The position numbers and the translations under genes are program-made. Positions 1-15,461 of a DNA stretch of 64,000 nt are shown here, piece after piece. How positions within the stretch are numbered: the stretch's first letter is position 1; every line of letters begins with the position of its first letter. The notes beneath the pieces are model-generated. The model searched no databases and was not told the DNA's origin. It saw only the letters and a list, made by a program, of their open reading frames with translations. This stretch comes from Thermoanaerobaculia bacterium (GTDB lineage Bacteria; Acidobacteriota; Thermoanaerobaculia; UBA5066). The DNA is taken from NCBI GenBank assembly GCA_038214715.1, contig JBBQRP010000017.1, positions 15,080-79,079 on the forward strand, read 5' to 3'.

Positions 1-477
1 TGGCTCCTCCTCTCGGACGACGGAGCGGTGGACGTGACGGCGGCGTTCGTCGACCTTGCCAAGCACGGCCGCGAGGGCGCGCGCGCTCCGGGCGCCGAGG
101 AGCTCGCGCGCACGGGATTCCGGAGCGGTCTCCTGAAGCTATACCGCCACCTCGGGTCCGTCTACCGGTCCCGCGACGATCTCTCCGCGCGCGTCATCGG
201 GAAGGCGAACGGACCGTTCGCCCGGCGCGCGCTCGAGAGCGGGATCGCCGGCGTTTTCGGGCGTTTCGCGCGCTTTCCTACGGCCCGCGAGGAAACGAAG
301 GGCGAAGGCGTGGAGGTCCTTCTCCGCGACGTGCGCTTCGGCTACCTCTCGAACGAGGTCGACCCTTTCACGTACGTCGTACGCTACGCGCCGGACGGAA
401 CGGTGCTCTTCGCGGGGTTCCCGTCGCTGCGCTGGAGCCGGAGCGCGCCCGCACAACCGCCGACCGCGGCCCGGTAG
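1..477 (+). CDS. hypothetical protein, 5' end cut by the window edge
   Basis: Frame 1 is open from base 1, and GTG at 28 is only the first in-window start. Composition is coding-like. No family recognised. Confidence 0.45.
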   Translation, partial: WLLLSDDGAVDVTAAFVDLAKHGREGARAPGAEELARTGFRSGLLKLYRHLGSVYRSRDDLSARVIGKANGPFARRALESGIAGVFGRFARFPTAREETKGEGVEVLLRDVRFGYLSNEVDPFTYVVRYAPDGTVLFAGFPSLRWSRSAPAQPPTAAR

Positions 478-492
478 CGCGAGGAGGATCCG

Positions 493-1263
493 ATGCCCCG
501 CCAGCCCGTTCTCTTCGTCGGCCACGGCTCGCCCATGAACGCGATCGAGGACAACGCCTTCAGCCGGGGCCATGCGGCGCTCGTGAGAGTCGTCCCGCGG
601 CCGCGCGCGGTACTCGCCGTGTCGGCCCACTGGGAGTCGGACGGCACGTTCACGACGCTGGACGATCCGCCGCCCACGATCCACGACTTCGGAGGCTTTC
701 CGCCCGAGCTCTACGCGATGCGGTATCCGGCTCCCGGCGACTCCGGGCTCGCGGTGCGCGCCGCGGGCCTCACGAAAGGCTCGGCCGCGGACGGCCGCGG
801 CCTGGACCACGGGACATGGTCCGTCCTCCATCGCATGTATCCGGCCGCGGACGTGCCCGTCGTACAGCTCTCGCTCGACGTCCGGGCCACGCCGAGGGAG
901 CATCTCGCGCTGGGGCGGGCGCTCGCGCCGCTCCGCGACGAGAACGTCCTCATCCTCGCGAGCGGAAATCTGACGCACGACCTCAGGGACGCGTTCGGCC
1001 GCCTGCGCAGCGGAGATCCGACGACGCCGGACTGGGCGACCCGCTTCGACGCGGACGTCGCGGGCGCGCTCGAGAGCCGCGACGAGACGTGGCTCGCCGG
1101 CGCCCTCGACACGCCGGACGGCCGCCGCGCGCACCCGAGCACCGAGCACTGGCTGCCGATCCTCTACGCGGCGGGCGCCGCGGGAGCCGGGGACGCGGTG
1201 AGCTTTCCCATGACGGGCTTCGACCTCGGCTCCCTCTCGATGCGCTGCGTGCTTTTTTCCTGA
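493..1263 (+). CDS. ygiD: 4,5-DOPA dioxygenase extradiol (class III extradiol dioxygenase, YgiD family)
   Basis: 256 aa. PVLFVGHGSPMNA at the N-terminus, then SAHW, FGGFP and ILASGNLTHDL, which are typical of the LigB/YgiD family. Confidence 0.85.
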   Translation: MPRQPVLFVGHGSPMNAIEDNAFSRGHAALVRVVPRPRAVLAVSAHWESDGTFTTLDDPPPTIHDFGGFPPELYAMRYPAPGDSGLAVRAAGLTKGSAADGRGLDHGTWSVLHRMYPAADVPVVQLSLDVRATPREHLALGRALAPLRDENVLILASGNLTHDLRDAFGRLRSGDPTTPDWATRFDADVAGALESRDETWLAGALDTPDGRRAHPSTEHWLPILYAAGAAGAGDAVSFPMTGFDLGSLSMRCVLFS

Positions 1264-1272
1264 GGCGCCCCC

Positions 1273-1611
1273 TCACTTCACGAGATGGAACCGCTCTCTC
1301 ACGGCGCGCGAGCGGAAGGCGAGGAGCGAAAGCGCCGTCGCGAGGGCGACGCCCGCGAGGATCAGAGTCATGCGCAGGTACGGCGCGCCCGCCGCGCGGC
1401 GCTCGGCCGCGAGGAGCGTGAGCGTGCGCAGCCATTCGAGGGCGCCGGCCGCGAGCGTCACCTGGACGATCCGCGCCGCCCACGCCCGCGGCACGAAGAG
1501 GAGTGCGAGGACCGCGAGAAGCGCGGCGACGAGCGCGGAATTCCCCGCTCTGAGAACGTGCGCCCCGAGGACGAGGAGGGCGAGGGCGGCGGGAAGGAGT
1601 TGAAGGGCCAT
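1273..1611 (-). CDS. small hydrophobic membrane protein, hypothetical
   Basis: 112 aa, three to four predicted TM stretches rich in L/A/V. Convergent with ygiD. No family recognised. Confidence 0.45.
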   Translation of the reverse strand: MALQLLPAALALLVLGAHVLRAGNSALVAALLAVLALLFVPRAWAARIVQVTLAAGALEWLRTLTLLAAERRAAGAPYLRMTLILAGVALATALSLLAFRSRAVRERFHLVK

Positions 1612-1630
1612 GGGGGGGAAGCCGCTTCCC

Positions 1631-2242
1631 TTACGCCGGCCCGTGGACCGCGATCTCGGCGCGGGGCGGGAGCGTGAGTGCGCGGGCCTCGACGTCGAGG
1701 AGCGTGTCGAGGCGCGCTTTCACCGCGTCCTCGCCCGCGTGCGCGATCGCGAGGTCGAGGTAGATCGGGCCGTGGCGGGCCTCGGCCTCGGCGAGCTCGA
1801 CGTAAAGCTTCGCGAGACGCGTGTCCGCCACGTGCCCGAGGAGGCGCTCGAACCTCTCGTGGCTGCGCGCCTCGATGAGCGCGGCGACGAGGAGGAGGTC
1901 GAGGCCCTTCTCGGGCTCCCGTTCGCGCCGGCAGCTCGCGCGGAGCTCGGCGACGTAGAAATTGCGTCGGGTCGTCTTCATGGGGGCTCCGAGGCGGCGC
2001 GCCTCGCGCGAGACCTTGCGGAAGTGGCGCAGCTCCTCGGCCGCCAGCGCGGACAGCCGGTCGACGAGCGGTGCGTTGCGCGGGTACGTCCCGACGAGGG
2101 AGAGCGCGTAGACGGCGGCCTGCAGCTCGCAGACCGCGTGGTCCGCCACGAAGGCGGGCAGGTTCTCCTTCGCCATCATGCGGGCGGCCCACGCTTCCGG
2201 CGTCCGCGAGCGAAGACGAAGGCCAGGAGGGGCGGCGGTCAT
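1631..2242 (-). CDS. miaE: tRNA-(ms[2]io[6]A)-hydroxylase MiaE (diiron)
   Basis: I trimmed track ORF 1631..2770 to the internal ATG at 2242. The product MTAAPPGL... carries CELQAA, EELRHF, EARSHERF and EAEARH diiron-ligand helices. The ATG overlaps the upstream stop as ATGA. Confidence 0.85.
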   Translation of the reverse strand: MTAAPPGLRLRSRTPEAWAARMMAKENLPAFVADHAVCELQAAVYALSLVGTYPRNAPLVDRLSALAAEELRHFRKVSREARRLGAPMKTTRRNFYVAELRASCRREREPEKGLDLLLVAALIEARSHERFERLLGHVADTRLAKLYVELAEAEARHGPIYLDLAIAHAGEDAVKARLDTLLDVEARALTLPPRAEIAVHGPA

Positions 2243-3312
2243 ATCGCCGGAGCGGCGGCAGGATCTTTGGAATCCCCGGGATCTCGGGGCGTCGAGGGCT
2301 CCACTGTCACGCGGGCCGGGAGGGCCGGAGCGGGCGAAACGGGCTCTCTCGTGCGCCTGAGATAGGCCGACGCCGCGCCGAGATGAGAGGCGCGCGTCAC
2401 GATCCTGACGAAGACGACGAGCTGCTGGCCGGAGACGACGAGTGCGAGCTCCGCGCCCTCCGTCCCCTTCCACACGGGGCCGAGGAACGCCCAGAGGAGG
2501 AGCGGGACGAGGCCGAGGGCACCGAAGACGATCTCGAGGGCGAGCGTGCGGACCGGATGGCCAAGGACGAACCCGATGCCGCTCATGAGGGCGGCGAAGG
2601 GATTCGCGACTCCCTGGCCCATCGCGGCGCGCGCGTAGGCGGCGACGAGCCGGATGTACGCCGCGACGAGGAGGAACGCGGCGAGGCGGAGCAGCAGGAG
2701 TCCGGTGGCCTCCCACTCGTACCTCAGATCGTCCGCTTCGTAGAGCGTGCCGGATGCCGCATAGACCCATCGGTAGGCCGCGAGAATTCCAGCGAGGGAA
2801 AGGATTCCGAAAACGAGGGACGAAAACGCGAACCGGGCCGCGTCCGCGCCGAACGCCGCGAGGCTCGACCGATCCCTCTCCGCTCCGAACCGTCCTGCGA
2901 GCCCACCCGAGAAGAGTGCCGCGAGGAAAGCGGTGAGGACCATGTAGGCGACCAGAGAACCCGAGAGACCGGCCGTCAGGAAGAAACCGGTGAGGGGCGT
3001 CGCCTTGCCGGTCGGGCCGCGTTCCCCGCCTTCGCCCGTGATCGCCTCATCCCATTTCTCGACGTCGCCGAGAACGTCCGGGTGGGTGCGCGTGAAGGCC
3101 GAGTAGAACGTGTGCAGTTCCGTCCCTCCTCCCGCGAGCCGTTCCCCCCACGGGCTCTTGTCGAGCGTGGAATGGAGCGCGGACGCGAGCGGGTGGACGA
3201 ACGCCGCGGCGAGGAGAGCGTTCAGGGCGAGGAAGAGGAGGAGCGCCTTCCACGTCTCGAGCGCGGAAACGAGACCTCGCGACACGAGGACGGGGATCGA
3301 GTCGCGTCTCAC
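2239..3312 (-). CDS. polytopic membrane protein, hypothetical
   Basis: C-terminal 357 codons of track ORF 2239..5097. GTG at 3312 overlaps the M1 peptidase stop as GTGA. Several TM helices (LLFLALNALLAAAF, LLLLRLAAFLLVAAY, FGALGLVPLLLWAF). Confidence 0.6.
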   Translation of the reverse strand: MRRDSIPVLVSRGLVSALETWKALLLFLALNALLAAAFVHPLASALHSTLDKSPWGERLAGGGTELHTFYSAFTRTHPDVLGDVEKWDEAITGEGGERGPTGKATPLTGFFLTAGLSGSLVAYMVLTAFLAALFSGGLAGRFGAERDRSSLAAFGADAARFAFSSLVFGILSLAGILAAYRWVYAASGTLYEADDLRYEWEATGLLLLRLAAFLLVAAYIRLVAAYARAAMGQGVANPFAALMSGIGFVLGHPVRTLALEIVFGALGLVPLLLWAFLGPVWKGTEGAELALVVSGQQLVVFVRIVTRASHLGAASAYLRRTREPVSPAPALPARVTVEPSTPRDPGDSKDPAAAPAI

Positions 3313-5378
3313 GAGAGCCCCACGGCGCCGAGGAGCGCGAAGAATTCGAGTGCGTTCTGCGCCCAGAACCTCAGCCGCACGCCCCAGCGCCGCGCCTCCG
3401 CGGGTGCCGCGGCCGTGAGGCGGCCGTTGTTGAGCGGATTCGAGTCGAGGAGGCACTTGTGGTCGGGGTCGACCTCCACCGCGAGGAGCTTCGGCCCCGA
3501 CGTGCGGTAGCGGATCCAGCGCGCGCCGGCGACCCACGGCCGGCGCACCCGTGCGCCGCCTTCGAAGCGGAGCTCGACGTCGACCGGCCACGAGGCCTCG
3601 CCGAGGGACTGCGCGACGGCGAAGCCGTCCCAGCCCGCCGCGTCGTCCTTCGCCGCCGCGAAGGCGCGGGCCTCGCCCTCGCCGATGTACCCGGACGTTC
3701 CCCGCGCGCGGCGCACGGAGGCCGATGTGACGGCATAGTCGACGCTCCCCGCGGTGCTCCAGATCCCCGTGACGGCGTCCGCGGCGGCTCCGCCCGCAAC
3801 CTCCTTCACGACGGCGACGAAATCCGCCGATGTGGGGTGCTGGAACGCCCACCGGGTCGCGTACGTCTTCATGACCTTCGACCACACGGCCTCGCCGAAC
3901 GTGCGCTCGGCCGAGGCGAGAAGGAGTGCCGTCCGCGTGTAGGCGTTCACGCGTATCGCGGCGCCGTCGAGCTGCCGGAAGCTCGGCGTGTCCGTCGCGT
4001 CCGAGCGGGACGTCAGCGTCCAGCGGTGGAACCTCTCGTTCGGAGCTTCTGGGTACGGGAGGACGACGGACGGGAAGACGACGGGAAGGCCGAAGAAGCG
4101 GATCACGAGCGACGGATCGCCGAACGCGGCCTTCAGGGTCTTGAGCGTCGCGTACGTGTTGAAGCCCTCGTCGAGGTGGGCCTCCTCGAACTCGTTGGAG
4201 GCGAGCATTCCGTAGAACACCTGGTGTCCGAACTCGTGGACCGTCACGCTCTCGGGCGAATGCGCGGCGTGCGGTGCGAGCTCGCGGGCGCCGCCCACGA
4301 AGAGCATCGGATATTCCATGCCCTCCGTGTGGCTGCCCCACGGCGGATCCACGACGGTGACGACGGGATAAGGATAGGGCAGGTAGCGCCGGCCGTAGTC
4401 CGAGAGCGCGGCCTTCACGGCCTTGAGATAGCGGTCGCGCACCGGCCGGTGGTCGGGCTGCAGGAGGAGGATGACGTCGACGTTCGGGAGACCGGGTGCG
4501 CTGAACGTGTCGCGCACGACCTCGAAGCGCGCGCACGCCGTGAACGCGAAGTCGTGAACGTCCTCCGCGAGAAAGTGGACGCGCACGAGGTCGCCGGGGA
4601 AGTCGCTCTCGTCCTTGAGGACACCGGTCGCTCCGATGCGGCCCTTCATCGCCTTCGGAAGCGTGAGGGTGACGTCGTAGTCGCCGAAGTCGGCGAAGAA
4701 CTCCGTTCCGGCGTGGAACTGGTGCGCGTTCCAGCCGCGGTCCGTCGCGACGCCGAGCTTCGGGAACCACTGAGCGCCGAGGACGTAGTCGTCCTTCCAG
4801 CCCGTGCGCGCGACCGCGCGGGGAAAGCGGCCTTCCCAGTCGATGCGGAAGACGAGCGTCTCTCCGGGCGCGACGGGACGGGGGAGGGCGACGGAAACGA
4901 GCGTCCGGTCGTCGGGGTTCCCGTCGTCGGGCGAGATGTAGGTCAGGGCGCCGGTCAGGTCCGTCCCGTCCTCGAGGCTGATCCGGTGGATCTCCGTGAA
5001 TCCCCACCGGGCCGGGTCCTTTGCGCGCACGCCGCGGTCGTTCCGCCCGCCGGCGCGGGCCTGCTCGACGAGCCACGTCGAACGGTCGTTCCGCCACGCG
5101 TTGAGGTAGAGGTGGATCCTGAGGTCCTCGAACGGCATGTGCGTCCGGTTCGTGAACCGCACGGTTTCCTTCCCCGTGATCCCGTGGTCCGCGTCCACGT
5201 GCGCCTCGATCGTGTACGAGGCGACCGGCGGCACCCGCGGACCCGCTTCGGCGCGGGCCGGTACGAGTGCGGTGGCGGTGGCGGCGATTGCGATGGCGGC
5301 GGCGGCGACCACAAAAGCAGATGTCGCGGTGCGAGCGACGCGCGTGGAGGGCACGGGAGATATCCGCGGACGCGTCAC
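3309..5378 (-). CDS. M1 family metallopeptidase (gluzincin aminopeptidase), secreted
   Basis: 689 aa. HEFGH-X18-E zinc motif (HEFGHQVFYGMLASNEFEEAHLDEG). N-terminal signal-like AFVVAAAAIAIAATATA. Confidence 0.9.
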   Translation of the reverse strand: MTRPRISPVPSTRVARTATSAFVVAAAAIAIAATATALVPARAEAGPRVPPVASYTIEAHVDADHGITGKETVRFTNRTHMPFEDLRIHLYLNAWRNDRSTWLVEQARAGGRNDRGVRAKDPARWGFTEIHRISLEDGTDLTGALTYISPDDGNPDDRTLVSVALPRPVAPGETLVFRIDWEGRFPRAVARTGWKDDYVLGAQWFPKLGVATDRGWNAHQFHAGTEFFADFGDYDVTLTLPKAMKGRIGATGVLKDESDFPGDLVRVHFLAEDVHDFAFTACARFEVVRDTFSAPGLPNVDVILLLQPDHRPVRDRYLKAVKAALSDYGRRYLPYPYPVVTVVDPPWGSHTEGMEYPMLFVGGARELAPHAAHSPESVTVHEFGHQVFYGMLASNEFEEAHLDEGFNTYATLKTLKAAFGDPSLVIRFFGLPVVFPSVVLPYPEAPNERFHRWTLTSRSDATDTPSFRQLDGAAIRVNAYTRTALLLASAERTFGEAVWSKVMKTYATRWAFQHPTSADFVAVVKEVAGGAAADAVTGIWSTAGSVDYAVTSASVRRARGTSGYIGEGEARAFAAAKDDAAGWDGFAVAQSLGEASWPVDVELRFEGGARVRRPWVAGARWIRYRTSGPKLLAVEVDPDHKCLLDSNPLNNGRLTAAAPAEARRWGVRLRFWAQNALEFFALLGAVGLS

Positions 5379-5406
5379 GAGCGCGAATCCTAGCAGGGGG
5401 ACGCCT

Positions 5407-11071
<5,665 letters not shown>

Positions 11072-11341
11072 GCAGCCTCTCGACCATCCCGGGCGGCGAG
11101 CCGCGTGGCTCGTCGTCGGCATCATGTGTGTCCTGAAGGTTGCCCTCCTCTTGGCGTTGGAGCGCCGCCACCCTGTTGCCTTTCAATGGATGGACACTGA
11201 GACGTATCTCGAGCCCGCCCGCGCGCTCGCGCGGTTCGGAACTTACGCGGCCGGTCCGTCCCGGCTCAAGACGCCGGAAGTCGTGCGCACGCCGGGTTAT
11301 CCGCTGATCGCAGCGGGCCTCTTCCGAGTATTCGGAGAAAG

Positions 11342-11367
11342 CTCTCTCTCTCTCTCTCTCTCTCTCT
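11342..11367 (+). repeat. perfect (CT)13 dinucleotide microsatellite inside the GT-C glycosyltransferase CDS
   Basis: Read directly: ctctctctctctctctctctctctct, translated SLSLSLSL in frame. Confidence 0.97.
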
Positions 11368-12487
11368 TTGGCCTCGTCGCCTCGACCGCGACTCTTGTCC
11401 TCGTCCTGACGCGATTCCGATACGCGATTGGGGGTCGCGCATCGGCTCTCGCGGCGATCCTCCTTGCGCTGGATCCGGGCTCGTTCTGCCGTTCGCTCGA
11501 AGTCCTCTCGGAAACGACGTTCGCTTTTCTCGTCGTGGCGGCCCTTGCGTTCCTCGCGACCGGGGATTCCCGGCGTGAGCTCTCGGTCGCCTCGGCGGGC
11601 GCTTCAGGGCTCCTGATGGCGTGCGCGACGCTCGTGCGGCCCATTCTCCTGTGGTTTCTCCCCGTTGCCGTCCTTCTCGTCGCATGGTTCGAGCTCCGGC
11701 GAAAGCGTCGTTGGCTCGTCGTAACGGCATTTGCGTTCCTCGCGCTCTTTCCGCCCTTCCTCTGGATGGCGCGCAATGAGCGCCTGGGGGGGCGTTTCGT
11801 TCTCACCCCGGTCGCGGGACATCAGCTCCTGCACCGAAGGGCGGCCGCCGTGATCGCTCTCGTGGAGCATCGGCCGCTCACGGCGGTCCAGGAAGACCTC
11901 GGGATCCGCGAGGCCTTCTTTCGCTTCCGCGGCCCCGCGACAGAACGGGAACTGTTCGGCGAGGCCGGATATCGCGCGACTCATCCCGAGACGCGAGACC
12001 TTTCGATCTGGGAGCTCGACAGTCTCTGGGCGAACAAGGCGGCGCGGGTGTTTCGCCGTCATCCCTTCGCGACGGCGTGGGTTACGGCGCAAGGAATTCT
12101 TCTCGTTGTCGCGGTTCCTCCGTCGCTTCTCCTCGCCGACCGCTATGGAATCGTCACCTCTTCCCTGGCGCAAGGAGAGGCATGGGCGAATCTGGATTGG
12201 CTTGCTGTCTTCCGCATCGGCTTTCGCGAACGGCCCGCGGTTGCCGCGGTATCGGCCGTCCTTTTCGTGGCGCTCCTCGCCGTCGCGCTCCTCGCGTGCC
12301 GTGGAGCCGTCCGGCTGGTACGGCTACGGACTCTCTTCGGAGGGGTCACGGTCGCGGCGTGCGCTTACCTGATACTCGCGTCCGCGAGTACGGACGCCGC
12401 GGACGATCGCTATCGTGTTCCGGTCGCGCCTCTCCTGGCGACCCTCTGCGCGGTCGGCGTGTCCCGTCCCTCTGTCGCGCGACCGGC

Positions 12488-13021
12488 CTAGGCCTTCAGG
12501 GTCGAGACCACTGCCTGGCCGGAGTCGTAGCTCGCTTTCAGGACGTTCGAGATCATCGTCTCGAGCTGGCTCTTGCGGTCGAGCAGACCCTGGAGGGCCG
12601 CAAGATCGGCCGGCGAGGGGTCGCTCTTTCCGGCAGGCAGCTTGAGGCGCGCTTCGCTCTCGAGGTCCTTCGCGGTCTGGAAGAGCGCCATCGCGGCGAG
12701 GAGATCCGCCTGGGGCTGAGTGAGCGGGGGCGCGGCCGAGCTGAATTTCTGCCGCGCGTCCGCCGAGACCATTCCGAGGAAGGCCGCCGGCATCGGCCGG
12801 AGCTTGCGCGCCTCGGAATCCACCCATGCGCGCACGGAAGGCGAAGCCTTTGCGAAGAGGGTGCTCATCTTCGCGGCGACGTCGGGCGGCGTCGGCGGAA
12901 TCGTCGGCGCGGGCGCCGCGACGGCGGCCACCGCGAGAGCCGCGGCGAACACGATCACGCCCGAGCGGGTCGGGTCCAACCCGGCGAAGGGATGCGTGCG
13001 AGGAAGGCCGACACGTGACAT
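12488..13021 (-). CDS. hypothetical secreted protein
   Basis: I trimmed track ORF 12488..13084 to ATG at 13021 (MSRVGLP...). Signal-like GVIVFAAALAVAAVAA. Its stop shares CTAG with the convergent GT-C gene stop. Confidence 0.5.
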   Translation of the reverse strand: MSRVGLPRTHPFAGLDPTRSGVIVFAAALAVAAVAAPAPTIPPTPPDVAAKMSTLFAKASPSVRAWVDSEARKLRPMPAAFLGMVSADARQKFSSAAPPLTQPQADLLAAMALFQTAKDLESEARLKLPAGKSDPSPADLAALQGLLDRKSQLETMISNVLKASYDSGQAVVSTLKA

Positions 13022-13152
13022 GAGAGTCCTTCCCCGATATGGTCTCGCGGTCGAGCGCCTGAATGTGTGATGAACGACACGCATACGTGCGGGAGCGTGT
13101 TTCGGTTCGCCGACTGAGCCTGAGTATCCTTGAACCAGACAGGAGGACCTGA

Positions 13153-13368
13153 ATGGACATCCCGATGAAGGTCTACGTGACCTGCCCGATGGCGGAGCTC
13201 AAGCAGGTGCCTGGGATCCTCATTTCGGTCTCGCCGCACGGTTTCTACGAGATCAATCTGAACTACGGCGCGAACACCCACCTCATTCTCCTGCCCGTCG
13301 TGGGAACGACGCTGACGGCCCAGGAGCCGGTCCTCACGCCGCCGCCGAGCTTCGAGGTCGAGCGCTAA
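13153..13368 (+). CDS. small hypothetical protein (71 aa)
   Basis: AGGAGG lies 7 nt upstream of the ATG. Composition is coding-like and lower in GC. No family recognised. Confidence 0.5.
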   Translation: MDIPMKVYVTCPMAELKQVPGILISVSPHGFYEINLNYGANTHLILLPVVGTTLTAQEPVLTPPPSFEVER

Positions 13369-15461
13369 GGGAAAGGCGCGCCGCCGGGCATCGGGCCGGA
13401 GCGCGGCCGCCGTCCTGCGAGTGCGACGAGGAGCAGGGCTCCGAGGAGGCCGAGAAGGAGGCCGTCGCGCACTCCCGGTGCGCGGTACTCGAACACGACG
13501 CGGTGCGATCCGGCGGCGAGGCGCACCCCGCGAAAGCAGACGTCGCTGCGAAAGAGGCGTTCCGTCACACCGTCGACGGAGACGGACCAGCCGCTCGACC
13601 ATGCGTCGAAGAAAACGAGAAACGATTCGTATGCCGCGCGGGTCTCGAGAGTGACCCGCGCGGGTTGCCTGTCGGCGAGCGCCACAGCGCCCGCAGCGCC
13701 CAAGTTCGCGAGAGCCTCGCCCGGGCTCGACCAGGGAACTCCCTCTTCCACGATCGCCGTTCGCGACGGATCGAAGGAGGGCGCGAGGAGAGTGGTGAGA
13801 GCCGTCGCCTTCGGGACGGCGATCGTGCGGTACACGAGGATCGCCCTCGAGAAAGGGTCGGGCGTCCGCACGACGAGTGCCGGCGGGATCGGCGGCGCCT
13901 CGGCGTCCGACGGGAGGCCGCCCGCGTCGGGCACGATGAGCCGCGCCGCGCCGGACAGCTGAGCGACCCGCACGCTCCGGGTCGCGATCGCTTCCTGGGT
14001 CCGCGCGAGCGGAACGCCCGCTCCCTGAACCGATTCGAGCCCGAACCGCCCTCCGGCTGCGTTCGGCAGCTCGTCGTTCCGCATCACGGCGATCCTGTCG
14101 GCGTCGGGGAGGAGGTGCACCGGCGCCTGGAGGCCGAAGGACCAGAAGCGGCGCGGGAAACCGACGGGGTCCGCGGGAATTCCCGCGAGGTGGATGGCGA
14201 GCGGAGGCCGCACGCGGTACGTCCCGTCGGGGACCGTCGCCGCCGACTTCGCGGCGTGCGCCCCGAGATCGGCCGTGAGGACGGCGAGCGACACCAGCGC
14301 GAGGGCGCGGCCGCGGTGGAGCGCCGTTTCGAAGGCCGCCAGAGCGAGCCCGGAGCCGACCGCGAGCGCGAGACCGAAGCAGGAGAGAAAACGGACGGGC
14401 GCGCGGAAGCCCCGCAGCAGGGGCCACGAGGAGACGAGATGGTAGGGGCCCGCGTCGCCGAAGGCGAAGGCGAAGCCGACGAGCCCCGCGGCGGCGAGCG
14501 CGAGGAAAGTCGTGCGCGAAAACCCATCCGCGCTGCGGACGACGACAAGCGCGATCCCGGCGAGGAAGAGGAGAGCCGTGGCCGCGCCGGGATAGCTCGC
14601 GGCCTCGGGCCAGCGCGCGAGCCCGTCGACGGGCAGGAACACCTGATCGACGTCCCGCGTGGTCAGGGATCCCACGTTCCGCGCTTCGGCGGTGAGCCCC
14701 GAGAGCCGTTCCGTCTCGGGAAGGACGAGAACCGACGGCAGGACGGCCGGCGCTCCGAGGAGGGCCGCGAGGGCCGAGGCGAGCGCGAGCTCGACGAGGA
14801 ATCGCCGCCTGTCCCGCGAGCACAGGAGCTGCGCCGCGGTGAACGCCACGAAAACGGGGGCCGCCCCGAGAAGGCTCTGCGGGCGCGCCGCGAGGAGCGC
14901 GAGGCCACCCGAGACGGCGGTGACGAAGAGGCCGATGCGGTATCTCTCTCGGGCAATCAAGGCGATCCCGAGAAGGACGAACGGCAGAAGCGCGGCGACG
15001 GCAGTCGCGCCCGGCCAGGTCACGCTCTGGAGCGTCCGCGCCGAGAGCATGTACGCGAGCCCGGCGAAGAAAGGCGCGACGCGGGCGCCCGCGAGGAACC
15101 GGACGAGAAGGAAGGCCCCGAGGCCCGCGAGCCAGAGGTGCGCGAGAGAAAAGACGTCCGCGAGGCGATGCACCGGGGCGCCCGTCAGGAGGAGCGGGAT
15201 GGTTGGCGGGTAGAAGACGGGCGCCTCCTGCGTGAACCCGAGAGGATGGCCCATGAAGAACCCGTCCAGCCAGAACGGGGAGTGCCCTGCGAGGAGGTCG
15301 CGCTGGACCTCGCTCCAGACCGGCAGGTGTTCGTAGAGGAGGTCCTGCGAGAAGAACGAGCGCCGGCCGGCGACGACGGGGAAGAGCGTGACGAAGAGGA
15401 CGGCCGCGAAGAAGACGGAGGCGAGGAGGGTTTCGCGGACGGCCGGCCGGGCGAACTTCAG
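13365..15461 (-). CDS. YfhO-family membrane protein (GT-C-like); 5' end extended to CTG at 15461
   Basis: Polytopic membrane protein. The 69 codons upstream of the first ATG (15254) encode a TM helix plus an FFSQDLLYEHLPVW...SPFWLDGFF loop typical of YfhO N-termini. That stretch contains no ATG, GTG or TTG. Confidence 0.75.
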   Translation of the reverse strand: MKFARPAVRETLLASVFFAAVLFVTLFPVVAGRRSFFSQDLLYEHLPVWSEVQRDLLAGHSPFWLDGFFMGHPLGFTQEAPVFYPPTIPLLLTGAPVHRLADVFSLAHLWLAGLGAFLLVRFLAGARVAPFFAGLAYMLSARTLQSVTWPGATAVAALLPFVLLGIALIARERYRIGLFVTAVSGGLALLAARPQSLLGAAPVFVAFTAAQLLCSRDRRRFLVELALASALAALLGAPAVLPSVLVLPETERLSGLTAEARNVGSLTTRDVDQVFLPVDGLARWPEAASYPGAATALLFLAGIALVVVRSADGFSRTTFLALAAAGLVGFAFAFGDAGPYHLVSSWPLLRGFRAPVRFLSCFGLALAVGSGLALAAFETALHRGRALALVSLAVLTADLGAHAAKSAATVPDGTYRVRPPLAIHLAGIPADPVGFPRRFWSFGLQAPVHLLPDADRIAVMRNDELPNAAGGRFGLESVQGAGVPLARTQEAIATRSVRVAQLSGAARLIVPDAGGLPSDAEAPPIPPALVVRTPDPFSRAILVYRTIAVPKATALTTLLAPSFDPSRTAIVEEGVPWSSPGEALANLGAAGAVALADRQPARVTLETRAAYESFLVFFDAWSSGWSVSVDGVTERLFRSDVCFRGVRLAAGSHRVVFEYRAPGVRDGLLLGLLGALLLVALAGRRPRSGPMPGGAPFP

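Noticed and set aside
11106-11121. Sigma-54 -24/-12-like element TGGCTCG-N4-CGGCA just downstream of the sigma-54 activator gene.
   Set aside because: GG and GC are correctly spaced, but the -12 region lacks the TTGC core. The element lies only 3 nt before ATG 11124 and inside the more likely GT-C coding region (GTG at 11019), so it cannot serve that gene as a promoter.
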